The notes under the pieces are model-generated. The model was given only the letters and a program-made list of their open reading frames with translations. It ran no database searches and had not been told where the DNA came from. DNA of 64,000 bases from Felis catus (Eukaryota): assembly GCF_018350175.1 (NCBI RefSeq), contig NC_058368.1, forward strand, positions 110,796,001-110,860,000, given 5' to 3'. Position numbers and translations under genes: made by a program. Shown here in pieces: positions 35,867-48,708 of the stretch. How positions within the stretch are numbered: position 1 is the first letter of the stretch; each line of letters starts with the position of its first letter.

Positions 35867-37327
35867 CTAATTTCTTAATTTACCTTGGATCAGCCAGCTA
35901 TAGGATTGGCCAGTTTTTAAGTAAGCTAAGAGACCATGTGGTTTGGAATATCTGCCCGCTCTGAGTCACATGTTCATAGGAATTCATTGTTACTCTTCTT
36001 CTCCTACAGCTAGTTCCAGTCGAAGCTCAGCATTACCATTAACTTCATATTACAGGGCTGCAGTCCTAACAGTGCACCAAATTACAGTATAAATCTTAAT
36101 TCCAGGAGCTGATGTGTTCAAACAGTTGCAGAATAAACAAATCACAGCTATAATGCCACTCAAGAATCTGTAACAATGTTAGGATGTCTCTGTGCATCTT
36201 TGGAAAAACATAAAAACTGCAAAGCAGTACCTACCTTTTGTATTAAAGATAGATTTATGAAGGCAAGCTAATAAAATATAGCAGCACTTCAAATGACATA
36301 ACTTGCTTCTACAATACAACAATTATTAGAAACTGTTTGAGGGGGCATATCCTTAATCCATGGCTATGTCAGGGAAAAAGGAGTAAGCGAACATTCAGAA
36401 GTAGTTTGGTTTACTCTCAATCCTAAGTAACACAGTCAAAGAAAAGCTGAGAAGCCAAAGAAATTACCATTTCGAACTTACCTAAGGACAGGTAGGCACT
36501 AAGAGGCAGAAACGGGGTCCGGCCTCACAGTATGACTTCATTCCACAGTTTTAGTTTAGAAAAGCCGGGAGAGTGGGAAAGAGTGTATCTCTGAAGATAG
36601 GTTTGGTTACTGTGGATAAGGAGAAAGGGCCACTTACCTTCCCTGCGTAAGGTAAGGGCATAGAAACTCTTAGTAGGCATATTAAAGAAATATTGAGTGG
36701 ACAGCAGGTTAGAAGGAATAAGGTAGGCCGAGTGCTGCAGCCAGCCTGAAGTGCCTCTGAACACCATACCTATGACTTCTGTGGGCACGCGATGTCCACA
36801 AATGGCCTATTTTCTATTGGATGAGCTGTCAGACTTCTATTAAACCTGAGAGTTTAACATTATCAGGATATTTTGTTTAAAGCCTAGGGCCATAATCTAC
36901 ACAAAATCATGAAGGGGGCAAAAATCTTTACTATATTGTCTACTCAAGTCTTACCTATTCAGAAAGATCCTAGTGTCCTTTAAATATGGGTAGTGGTATT
37001 ATTTAGTCCTGTAATTCCAACAATTCTTGGGGGTTATACAGACTGAGAACAGGTTTTGTTTCCCAGAAGCGGGTATGTTTCCTTCCCAAACTAAACATGG
37101 CACATGTGCTAACAATCCTGAACTTTCAAGAGTTTTGTTTTTCATAATCTTGCTAGGGATAGAATGGGGGGTGGGATTAAGCTTTTTACAAGAACTGACA
37201 GGCAGGAATTAGCAGAGGAGACACTGCAGCTAGGGTTGAATTCTGCCACCTTCCCAATTAAAACTAGGACAAATGGAAAACAAGTTTGATCCCTGGAATG
37301 AAGGGAGCCAGGGAGCCAGAAGTAGTC

Positions 37328-37520
37328 ACAAAAGTTGGCAAACTTTTTCTCTCAAGGGCCAGAGAATAAACTTTTTAGGCTTTTTGGTCAAATACAGTCT
37401 CCTATATTGATTTTTTAACAATACTCTAAAAACATAAAACCATTTTCAACTCAAAGACTGCAAAAACAGGCTGTGGGATGGATTTCACCCACACATGGGC
37501 TGTAGCTTGCAATCTCTGGT
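37328..37520. mobile_element. hAT-Charlie (MER58-like) DNA transposon relic
   Basis: gttggcaaactttttc...aagggccaga...ttttaggcttt...aaacaggctgtggg...ggctgtagcttgc resembles MER58. Confidence 0.65.
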
Positions 37521-38127
37521 ACAAGCAACGAACAGGAATTCATGTAACACAGCATACGGGACTTTATTAAATAAGACAGACTTGGGGCAATGAGAGGTGA
37601 AGTATAAGGGCAAATTACTGTCAACAAATAATCTGAGCCACAAAAGCTCACAGTAAACATGAAGAGAAGGCAGGAAGATTACATGTGAATACAGGTGATG
37701 CTAAATGGGAAAGGAAGAAAAAAGGGAGCACATGGGAGGAAAGAAAAAAGATGATAAAACAATTTGTGAGCCATCTCAAGCCATCAAGAAAACATTCTAC
37801 TGTAGGGCAGAGGCTGGCAACAAGATCAGGACATGCAGTCCTGTGTGGCCATGTACACAGATTAAGAACTAAAGCACTGGCAAAAAATAAAATAAATAAA
37901 AAATAAAGCATTGGCTCTAGCAAACCCTGTCACTGGCAGTCAGAAAAGACACAAGCCTACCAGAACCCAATTGTTTTGTCAGCAGCCTCCAGTGAGTCAA
38001 GACACAAACTGACTATAAGCTGTCTCCAGCTACAAAACCATTCGTATATTTAACTCATTTAATAACAAGTGAAGAGACACAGTTAAGTACACAAAAGCAA
38101 ACCATTTACCACCTATGTAACTTACTT

Positions 38128-38739
38128 TTTATTGAAAGTATCTTGCATTCATGATGGATACCTTCTAGGTTTTGCCAGACATTTTAATGTTAAAGGTTAA
38201 ATTATTTTTACATGCAAGTAGTGTGACGTTTCCCCCACATGGGATCACTGATTATAAAAAGATGACATATCACACAGGTTATTTGTCCTTTTTAATTGAA
38301 AAGCTAACAGACCATCTAGTTATATTTCCCCCAAAACCACAAACTGAGGAGTAACTGACTCTCTAGCCAACATAGTCAAAGCTGAGGATTAAAAATGCAA
38401 AAACAAGTCCTTAGATCCAATTAAAGGAGCCCTGCTACATACAGGTTCATCAATACCAGTGGCACTCTTTGATTCCAGGAAGCTGGAAGACATCCTAATA
38501 ATCCCACTCAAAACATTTACCTCAAGTAGCCTTTTTCCAGTTTCCAACTCATGAATAAAGATAATACGTTGTTAATTCTAGTTCAGAAAACTTTCTGCAA
38601 CTTGTTTTATTTACAATGCCAACTTTTAAAAGGTTATTAAACTAACGTTAACTGACAATAAACTAGGTGGAAAACATTTTACAGAGAGGGAAATCCCAAA
38701 ATGCCACCTTCTATAGCGAACCCACAGTTGAGTTTTATT
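38128..38739 (-). terminator. SKP1: SKP1 tandem poly(A) signals in the 3' UTR
   Basis: TTTATT on + (AATAAA on -) at 38734-38739, 38606-38611 and 38128-38133, downstream of the stop codon. Confidence 0.7.
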
Positions 38740-38959
38740 CAGAGTGAAGAAACAAAAACTTTTGATCATACTGGAAGAAACTCAGCCATAAGTTTGGAAT
38801 CTGTACTCAAACTACACATGCAAGGAGGACAATATTCTGCTAAAACTGATTTGCTGCTGCGTTTGTCTACGGTTTGTCTAATATTAACAATTATAAACAG
38901 AGCAGTGCAACTAGTATTTGGAACAATCCTTACAGTGTTACAGTGTCAGGCATAACATT

Positions 38960-38995
38960 TCACTTCTCTTCACACCACTGGTTCTCTTTGCGTAC
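38960..38995 (-). CDS. SKP1: SKP1 exon 6 coding part (VRKENQWCEEK*)
   Basis: Acceptor tctag|GTACGC on -; TGA at 38962-38960. Confidence 0.97.
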   Translation of the reverse strand, partial: VRKENQWCEEK

Positions 38996-39645
38996 CTAGA
39001 AGAGACAGATATAAGGAAGCACCTTAAGAAGTCTTTCCTCAGACTACTACCTAATGATTCATCAACAGACTATGAAGAGGGTCAGACAGGGACAGACAAA
39101 AAACTGGAAAAATACCAGGTTACAAGTACACTTCCTGGTTATCCTTCTTTGCCTCCCCAGGTTTTTATTCTACCCTGCTGAAATTATCAAAAAAGCAAAG
39201 GCAATGGGCATTAAAGCTTCAGTCACCAGACATGGCAACAAATTCAAACAGTTCATGCACATTATTTCAGTTTGTAGCTGTGTCAACATTCTGATCTTTT
39301 CATTCATTTCTTCCCCCACTCACTAAGATGCTCATAAGTGTCCTGGCATAACACCATCCACAGGGGTTGCTTTTCTGAAGTCAAATATTTACGGCTTGCT
39401 TACATTTAAGGTCCCAGGTGCCAAAACTAGTAACTGCAAAGGAGTAAATATCAAAGAGCACCTATGATTGAAAACTAATCATTCTTATGCTTAGGCAAGA
39501 GTGGTATTGTGCAAGTGTTTAGATTCAACAGACCACTCTCAAAACGAGTATTTTTATAACACAGAAGGTGCCTACTAACCCTCAAGTAAAAGTCAAGATA
39601 CCCTGATAGAGACAACACATCTTTTCTGAGCATGTTTGCATTTCA

Positions 39646-39879
<234 letters not shown>

Positions 39880-40269
39880 CTAAATCTAAAGGTAGTGATT
39901 GCCAATCCATATCTAATTAACTAAACTAAAATGCTAGTTAATTTTATGAAATTAAAGGGAAAATAAATCAGATTCTTTTGTGAAATATTTTTGTATGTCC
40001 TTCTGTTATACCTTCTATAATATGGAGTCCTGCTGCTGCCTTAAGCGAACTACACTACCTCTAATGCTAGAGAAGAGCCGCTACTTATGGGCGTGCATGT
40101 TTGTGCTCATGGGTGCACAAGCATATGTCAAATCTTGACAAAAATATATAAAGAGGCAAAAGCAGTAATGGCATTACATTTTACTGATCTCAAACAATTT
40201 CTTTGGTTTTCTCTATTTTCTACTCTTACCTTCAATATTCCCTTTGGCTTTAATTTCATCTTTCATTAG

Positions 40270-41160
40270 TTTAAGGTAAAAGCTTAGATCAGTGATCTTC
40301 TTTTCCAATACAGGTGGTTTAGTGCTATCAACTTTTCTCTGAATACTACTTTAGCGGCATCTGCGATTTTTGTGTGTTGGGTTTTATTTCCATTCAGATC
40401 AAAATACTTTCTGGCATACAATTTTTAATTCTTTTCTAATTTTTCTTTTGATTTCTTCTTTGACTCATGGGTTACTAAGAAGTGTTAAGTTTTCAAATAT
40501 TTAGATTTTCCAGATAGCTTTGTTACAGACTTCTCATTTAATTTCACTGTGATCAGATCACACAGTATATGTGCCTTGACTCCTTTCAAATATTGGGACT
40601 TTTTTCCGACCATTAACAGGTCTATCTTAGTAGTATACTTTTGAGAAGAGTATGTATTCTGCTGTCGTTATATTTAACATTCTATATAAATGTCCATCAG
40701 GATAAGTCAGTCAATAGTGTCATTCATGGCTTCTACATCCTCACTGATTCTACTTGTTTTATCAATGAAGTAGAGACACGTGTTAAAATCACTAGGATTG
40801 TGGATTTGTCTATCCATCCTTTGAGTTCTACTGGTTTTTGTTTCACTTTTTGGAAATTCTTTTAGGCAATAAACACTTAGGACTGTAATGCCCTAATAAT
40901 GAACTGATCCCTTCATCATTATGCAGCAACCCTCTTTAATCCTGGTGATATTCTTTGCTCTGAAATCTACTTTAATATAGTCACTGCAGTTTTCTTTTGA
41001 TTACTGTTATCATAATTTAATCTTTTTCCACCCTTTAAATCTGTCTCTTTAAAGTGGGTGTTTTGGACACAGCATAGCTGAATTTTGCTTTTTAAAAATT
41101 CAATGTGACCATCTCCACCCTCTGTTGCATTTACATTTGATCACTTATTTAATATGGTTC
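40270..41160 (-). mobile_element. Old L1 internal fragment in SKP1 intron 4
   Basis: T-rich reverse L1 ORF2-like text (ttctcatttaatttcactgtgatcaga, tgtattctgctgt, gtggatttgtctat, ctctgaaatctacttt). Confidence 0.75.
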
Positions 41161-41284
41161 TTAATATATAAATTCAAATACAGCACTGGAGTTTATACAG
41201 AATTAAAATTCAGTGTCAATGAATGTAACAAATTTAACTATTAGAAGTGCTAGAAATATCTTAAAGAATGTATTAAGAACATAC

Positions 41285-41428
41285 CAGAATAAGTTCAAAA
41301 AGTGTTCCTTGGTCAACTTTCAGGAATTCTTGGTCCCAAACAGGGATATCATCTGTTCGCTTTTCTTTGTTCTCATCATCCTCAGGAGGAGGGGGGTCAT
41401 CCTTGTGGTGGGTGCACCATTGAATGAC
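41285..41428 (-). CDS. SKP1: SKP1 exon 4 (144 nt)
   Basis: [48 protein letters not shown]; canonical AG/GT. Confidence 0.98.
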
Positions 41429-41785
41429 CTGTAAAAATGAAAGTTTATTCCTCTGTGGCATTACATCACAAGGTACTCATTCCACTAATGGGGCAAAGTT
41501 GTTTTTACACTGGGCTAAGAACTAGCTAGAAGTTGACCTGAATAACCAAGTTAGTAGTCAAACTTGAAAAGCAAAACTGAAGCTTGAGGAATCTTCATAA
41601 CCCTAGGGGTTAGACCGTCTTAAAAGCAAACATGCAGATAGATAATTATACTTGACCACACTAAAAAGCTCCTGTGCAAAAAATACATAAAGTCAGACAG
41701 GACAATGACTAAAAACTACATGCAACATGAGCAACCAGCAATGGATTACCCTCTAGAATATAAATCTTAAAAATCACTACAAAGT

Positions 41786-42310
41786 GGGGCGCCTGGCTAG
41801 CTCAGTCAGTAGAGTATGTGTCTCTCTCTTGATCTCAGAATAGTGAGTTTGAGCCCCACACGGGGGACAGAGCTTACTTGAAAAAAAAAAAAAACACTAA
41901 AGAAATGAGCTACAGATATGAACAGGCTATTCACAAAAGAAATCTAAGGAGAAAATGCTCAGTTTTATTAGATGCAAAAACCAATATTACAGTTACTACT
42001 TGAGGCTGACAAAAAAAAAAAAAAAACCTCAGGATTTTGATACTAATCTCTGGCAATAGTGTGAGGATAACATGAACCTTTTTACTGGAGAGTGAGGTAA
42101 TAACCCCTTTGAGGGGTGCCTGGGTGGCTCAGTCAGTTAAGCATCTGACTTCGGCTCAGGTCATGATCTCATCACTTGTCTCTATGCTGACAGCTCAGAG
42201 CCTGGAGCCTGCGCTTCGGATTCTGTTTCCCTTTCTCTCTGCCCCGCCCCCACGTGTGTTCTCAGTCTCTCAAAATTAAATAAACGTAAAAAAAAAAAGT
42301 TAAAAAAAAT
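41786..42310 (+). mobile_element. Two Can-SINEs (41786-41894 short; 42113-42310)
   Basis: SINEC heads; second has TSD AATAACCCCTTTG (42099-42111, 42308-42320). Confidence 0.9.
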
Positions 42311-42999
42311 AACCCCTTTGGAAAGTAATCTATCAAATACTAGTGAGGGTGAGGATGTGCATATATTATCACCAAGAAATTCTAAACATCCGTGACATGC
42401 GTATAAGAACAAAGCAAGAAAAGCCCACATGTTCCCTTAGAAGGGGAATAAATACACATAAAGTTTCAGAGAGTTGGTTAGACTCTATGTACCATCATAA
42501 AGACCAAAATCAACACTGAAAGAGTTATAGGCTATAGAATCTAGGTGGTAAGTGGGTGTTTGCTGTATAGTTTCACTTTTCTGTATGATTAAAATTTATT
42601 CAGTATAATACTGGAGGAATAAGCAATGCTGAGAAAAAATGGCAGAACTGACAAACTATACTGCCAGGATGTAAGAAAAGGAAAGAACTATTTCTAGAAG
42701 GGAAAGTCAAGCTATGGAGTTTTAATGAAATAAACAATAGTTTTTTAAGTATTCCAGTTGTATAAGAAAACAACAGTATTTGCTTACGTAACCATTAAAA
42801 AAACTGGTAAATATATCTAAGAAACTAATGTTGACTAGTATTACTTGAGAGGGTTGCAGGTTAGACAGAGCCAAGGATGAGAGGTTTTACCATATACTTT
42901 TTTGCAGTTTTGGATCATGCAGTTATTCAGTATGTAAGTTCAAATATTCCTAAGAATAGGCTTAAAAAACTTATTCTCTGAAGTGGCCCCGTATCACCC

Positions 43000-43395
43000 A
43001 GACCATTAACTCTGATCTTCTGTACTAACTTCTTGCTTGTTCATTATGCTCTAGTCACCACACTTGCTGCCTTCCCACCTTTCCTCAGAGTAGAACATGC
43101 TCTTGTCTTAGGGTCACTGCACTTGCTCCCCATGCCCAGAACTCTATTCCCCCACATAATCATGTCTTTGTTCAACGATCGACTTCTCAGTAAGGCATTT
43201 CCTAACCACCTTTATTTTAAAAATAGCTAACTCTCCATCGATCAACCCAGTTATGCTCCACAGCTTTCTCATCTGACTTATTTATCTTGTATGTTTCCCC
43301 CACACCTTTAGGATGTTAATTCCCTAAGGGCAGACATTTGGTCTCTGGTTACTGCTATAACTCCAACACCTAAAAAATGGCATTTGAATAAAGTC
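43000..43395 (+). mobile_element. L2 3' fragment
   Basis: cttagggtcactgcacttgct...tccctaagggcagacattt...catttgaataaa. Confidence 0.55.
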
Positions 43396-43579
43396 CTTTT
43401 AGATGCATTTTACATTAGGATAAAACAATGTTTATTGCAAGACAATACCCAGAAGAAAAAAATCTAACTAGATAAAATATAAAGCTTCTAAACCATAAAA
43501 TACTATTAACTGACTTAAGTCAATGCAAAGTGATAGAAACACCATATAAACAACTCCTATAAAAAGTCCACTAGATTAC

Positions 43580-44562
43580 AAAATGGATGAATCTTGAAAA
43601 CATTATGCAAAGCCAGACACAAAAAGACAAATATTGTATAATCCCATTTATATGAGGTGCCCACAACAGTCCAATTCACAGACACAGAAAACAGTGGTTA
43701 ACAGGGGCTGGAAGGGGTTATTGAGGAGTTACTGTTTAAGGAGTACTGAGTTTCAGTTTGGAATGAGGAAAAATTCCTAGAGATGGTGAGTCGTGGTGGC
43801 TGTACAACAGTGCAAATGTACTTAATGCCACTGAGATGTACAGTTAAAAAAGTTAAAATGGCAATTTTTAAAAAGAAATTTTAATGTTTATTTTTGAAAG
43901 AGAGAGCAAGCAAGCAAGCATGAGTGGGGGAGGGGCAAAGAGAGAGGAAGACACGAAATTCGAAGCAGGCTCCAGGCTCTGAGCTGTCAGCACAGAGTCT
44001 GACACGGGGCTCAAACTCATGCATGAACCGTGAGATTATGACCTGAGCCGAAGTTGGACGCTTAACCGACTAAGTCACGCAGGTGCCCCTGTTTATTTAT
44101 TCTTGAGAGAGAACAAGTGGGAGAGGGGCAGGGGGGGAGGGAGAAACAGAATCTGAAGCAGGCTCCAGGCTCTAAGCTGTCAGCAAAGAATCCAACACAG
44201 GGCTCAAACTCACCAAATGCGAGATTATGACCTGACCCAAAATCAGACACTTAACCAACTGAGCCACCCAGGCATCCAAAAATGGTAATTTTTATGTTAT
44301 GTGTATTTCATAACAAGTTTATTTTGAGAGAGGGAGAGCGCATGCACATATGCTAGCAGGGGAGGGAGGGAGGGGGGGAAGGGGGGAGGGGGAGGGAGAG
44401 AGAGACAGAGAAGAGAGAATCCCAACCAGGCTCCGTGCTGGTAGTGCAAAGCCCAACACAGGGCTACATCCCATGAACCATGAGATCATGACCTGGGCCA
44501 AAATCAAGTCAGACACTTAACCAACTGAGCCACTGAGGTGCTCCTACAACTATTTTTAAAAA
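43580..44562. mobile_element. L1M 3' end (+) interrupted by three minus-strand Can-SINEs (43869-44089, 44090-44277, 44318-44544)
   Basis: L1 text aaatggatgaatcttgaaaacattatgc...; duplicated aaaatgg(c/t)aatttt around the first two SINEs; L1 tail resumes afterwards. Confidence 0.85.
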
Positions 44563-45208
44563 GCCCACCAGAAAGACACACAAAGGAAAACAGACCAAGC
44601 AGAAAATACAAATGGCCAATAATACATGCCAAAATATGTTCAGGCTTAGAGAATCACTTTTTACCCAGTCTAGGGCAATTAAAAGAAATGCTAATAGCTA
44701 ATTGTGGTAGGATATGGAAAAATACGCAGCACAGCTGTATCTCACACCAGGATCAAGAGAAAGCATTAAGATGAAACTGCATATAGCCAATGACCTTTGA
44801 AAATCTCTGAGCAAAAGGCCAACTGGAACCAACCATTCTCATCTCTAAGCCTAACTAGTTTCCTCCACTTTATAAAAACTCGGTGCTATTTCTTCAGATG
44901 AGCATCCAATTAAATGGCTGGCTCTGTTAAGGAGCCATGTACCCTGAAATGCTAAAATTCTATTCAACGTGAAGAGCCTTTTATGCTTAGACACAAAGTA
45001 AGGTGGTCAATGGTGTGGGTGTATTTATTCTCAAGCTCCCCTTGCAGCATATCTATCAAATAATCACAGGACCTAGTTAAATAAACATAACAAATATTCA
45101 GAGTCATAATCAGTCGATGTAAGGAAGCGATCTATGTAGCAGTACAATAAGATCACAAGGATGTTCAATGAAAAAACAAAAGCATATATACAAATATATA
45201 GTTTGTTA

Positions 45209-45493
<285 letters not shown>

Positions 45494-46299
45494 TTAGGAT
45501 TATTACACAAAAAGGATCCTTAATAAGAAAGAAAAGTCACTTAATAAGTGGGACTGAGATGACTGGTCAGCCATTTAGTAAAAAATTAAAGCCAGACCCT
45601 TAGCCTTACTCTTAATACCAAACTCTCTAGATGGGCTGCATTTAGAAAGATAGAGGAAAAAGTATTCAAGTAACAGAATCTCAATCTATTAAAATCTGAA
45701 GCCCAAAGATGTATATATACACACACAAATCATGCAACCACTGACAAAAATAAGGCAGGCAGCTCCTTATGTACTGGTATGATCTCAGGATTAAAGTTTT
45801 TAAAAGCCAGGTATAAGAAAATAAGTGTTATCTGAATAAAAATGGGCATATACTTAGATATTTAGATTTAAAATAACTTCACAGGAATACAGAAGTATTA
45901 ACAATATTCTGTGTAGGGAAATTAACAAGAATGTGGGTTGAGGGACTCAGTTTCAGTGTATACCTGTTAAGAGTTATTCATCACGTACATATTACCTACA
46001 ATTTTGAATCTACAGGTTGTCCTGGTAAAAACACCTAACTTTCAGATCCTCAAAGTGATGGTGAACTCCACGGAAAAACCTTAAAAATAAAATCCCTACG
46101 TTAAAGATTCTAAATAAGAGTATTTTTCATGCCAAATGGGTCCACCCTTCAGTTTCTACATGACTAAAAGAACGGCCAAAGTTATTTACTAGTTAGCAAG
46201 TACCAAGATTAGTGTCCCAAAGTTACTTCAGCACTATACTGGTTGTAGCAAAGAATCAGTTATGCTGACATGGCCAGTGCTAAATCAAATCATTTCAGT

Positions 46300-47830
46300 T
46301 CCTGATAAGTTAACAGGCGTCCTAGGCAATGGAGAATCAGCAATGAACACAGGAGGATGCAAAGAATTGCTGCAATTTTAGATAGAACTGCTCAAACATG
46401 TCTTATTTAAAAGATGACATCTGAGTAAAACCCTAAAGGAGACAGAACACCTAAGCAGAGAAAATGGCAAAGGCAAAGGTCTTCTGATAGGAAGGTCTGG
46501 CATGTTCTAATAACACAGAAGGGATCCAATATTACTAGAGCAGGGTTAGCAAGGGTGAAAGCAGATGAGACCAACAACAGAGGACCTGATAGTAACTGGG
46601 TACTGTGCATTTTGGCTACTGTACTGGGAATAGGTGGCAGAGAGCAGGAGAAAGAAGGAAAACAACTATGAGGCTGGTGGCTTGTACAGGTTTACAGCTA
46701 TGGAAGAATGATCCAATTCTGTATGTATTTTGATGGTAGAGGCAAAAAGGTTTGCCAACAGATGGGAAGTAGAGTTAAGAGTCAAGGAAGACAAAGGTTT
46801 ATGACATGAGGAACTGGATGGATGAAAGTGCCACTGGAGTTACCATTAACTGATATGAGCAGAGAAGTGTTCTCTGATATGTCAGAGAAGTGTTATTCTG
46901 AAGGGCAGGGAATTAAGAATAAGAACAATCTAGTTAGTTGTCTAACTAACTAGACAAAGTTAGTCTAGTTCCCTAACTCTGAGGTACCAATTAGATCTCC
47001 AAGGGTAGACAAACCAGTTAAATATGTCAAGTATAAAAATTAAAAGAGATCAGAATCATAGGTAGATTGGGGAACTGGTGTACAGACGGCACATAACATG
47101 AGACTAGATGAGATGACCAAGGGAATCAAGGAGTACATATATTATGAAAAGATCCAATGATTAAGCCAGGCTTGAGGAACTACAGACTTTAAAAATGGGG
47201 GGGCGCCTGGGGGGCGCAGTCGGTTAAGCGTCCGACTTCAGCCAGGTCACGATCTCGCGGTCCGGGAGTTTGAGCCCCGCGTCAGGCTCTGGGCTGATGG
47301 CTCAGAGCCTGGAGCCTGTTTCGGATTCTGTGTCTCCCTCTCTCTGTGCCCCTCCCCCGTTCATGCTCTGTCTCTCTCTGTCCCAAAATAAATAAACGTT
47401 GAAAAAAAAAAAAATTTAAAAATGGGAAGACAGAAGGGTGCCTAGGTGGCTCAGTTAGTTCAGCATCCAACTCTTGGTTTCAGCTCAGGTCATGATCTCA
47501 GTTTCTTAAGGTCGAGCCCCACACATCAGGCTCTGTGCAGTCACCAGGCGGAGCCTGCTTAGGATTCTCTCTCCCTCTCCCCCACTTATGCTGTCTCAAC
47601 CAACCAATCAATCAATCAATATTTAAAAATGAGAGGATAGAAAGCCGTGAGGTAAGTACTAAGTAAAGTATCCTGCAAGTCAAATGTAGAAGGGGATGAT
47701 CAAATGCTGTCAACACGTCTAGATGAGAAATAAAACAGATCATGCACTTGACAACATGGAAGTCACTGAGCTTAACAAGCAGTTCCAGTGGAGTGGTAAA
47801 GATGAGAGTAGACTGAAAAATTATCTTGGT
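46300..47830 (-). mobile_element. L2 fragment hosting two + Can-SINEs (47198-47415, 47436-47620)
   Basis: Reverse L2 phrases (aagatgacatctgagtaaa, agagtcaagga, gagactagatgagatgaccaagggaa) and SINEC heads with TSDs. Confidence 0.75.
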
Positions 47831-47979
47831 TTCCTGTACAGATGGATCAAAGCTGTCCCCTCTCCTCCTTTCTACCAATGTCATTCCCTGATCCCATCTC
47901 AACCTAGAGTAAAAGTACAAAAATGACTATCTCAATTTGCATTAAGCCACTTTTGCTTTTCCTGTTCTAGTATGAAGTA

Positions 47980-48708
47980 TTTTTTAAATTAATTAATTTA
48001 TTTAGGGGCGCCTGGATGGCTCAGTCTGTTAAGTGTCAGACTTCAGCTCAGATCATGATCTCATAGTTCAACAGTTAAAGTCCAGCATCAGGCTCTCTAC
48101 TATCAGGGAAGAACCTGCTCTGGATCCTGTGTCTCTCTCTCTCTGCCTCTCCCCAGGTGCTCCGGCACAGGCTCTCTCAAAAATAAACATTGGAAAAAAA
48201 GGGAAAGAAACTTAATGCCTTTTTAAAAATTTATTTATTTACTTACTTAGTTACTTACTTATTTATTTAAAGTAGGCTCCATGCCCAATGTGAGGCTTGA
48301 AATCATGACCCTGAGATCAAAAGTCACATACTCTACTGAATGAGCTAGCCAGGTGCCCCTAGTGTGAAGTATTTTTAATCAGAAGGGAGAAAAGGAAGTT
48401 ACAATATATAAAATACTTGAGGAACCATAATACAGAACACCAACTTGTTTAGATCCAAATGTTATTTGGAAGAAGGTTTAAGCCCTGTTAAAAACAAGGG
48501 CCTTATTGGGGCACGTGAGTGGCCTCTGGCTTTTGATTTCAGTTCAGGTCATGATCTCACAGATCGGTTTGTGGCATTGAGTCCCACATCAGGCTCTGCG
48601 TTGAAGGTGTGGAGCACGCCTGGGATTCTCTCTCCCACTCCCTCTGCTCCTCCCCATCTTGTGCATGCGCAGGTGCTTGCTCGCTCTCTCTCTCAAAATA
48701 AATAAAAC
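47980..48708. mobile_element. Can-SINE cluster: + 48005-48200 inside the tail of a - copy (to 48359); + 48508-48708
   Basis: ctagt(a/g)tgaagtattttt duplicated at ~47967 and ~48359 around the first two. Confidence 0.85.
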
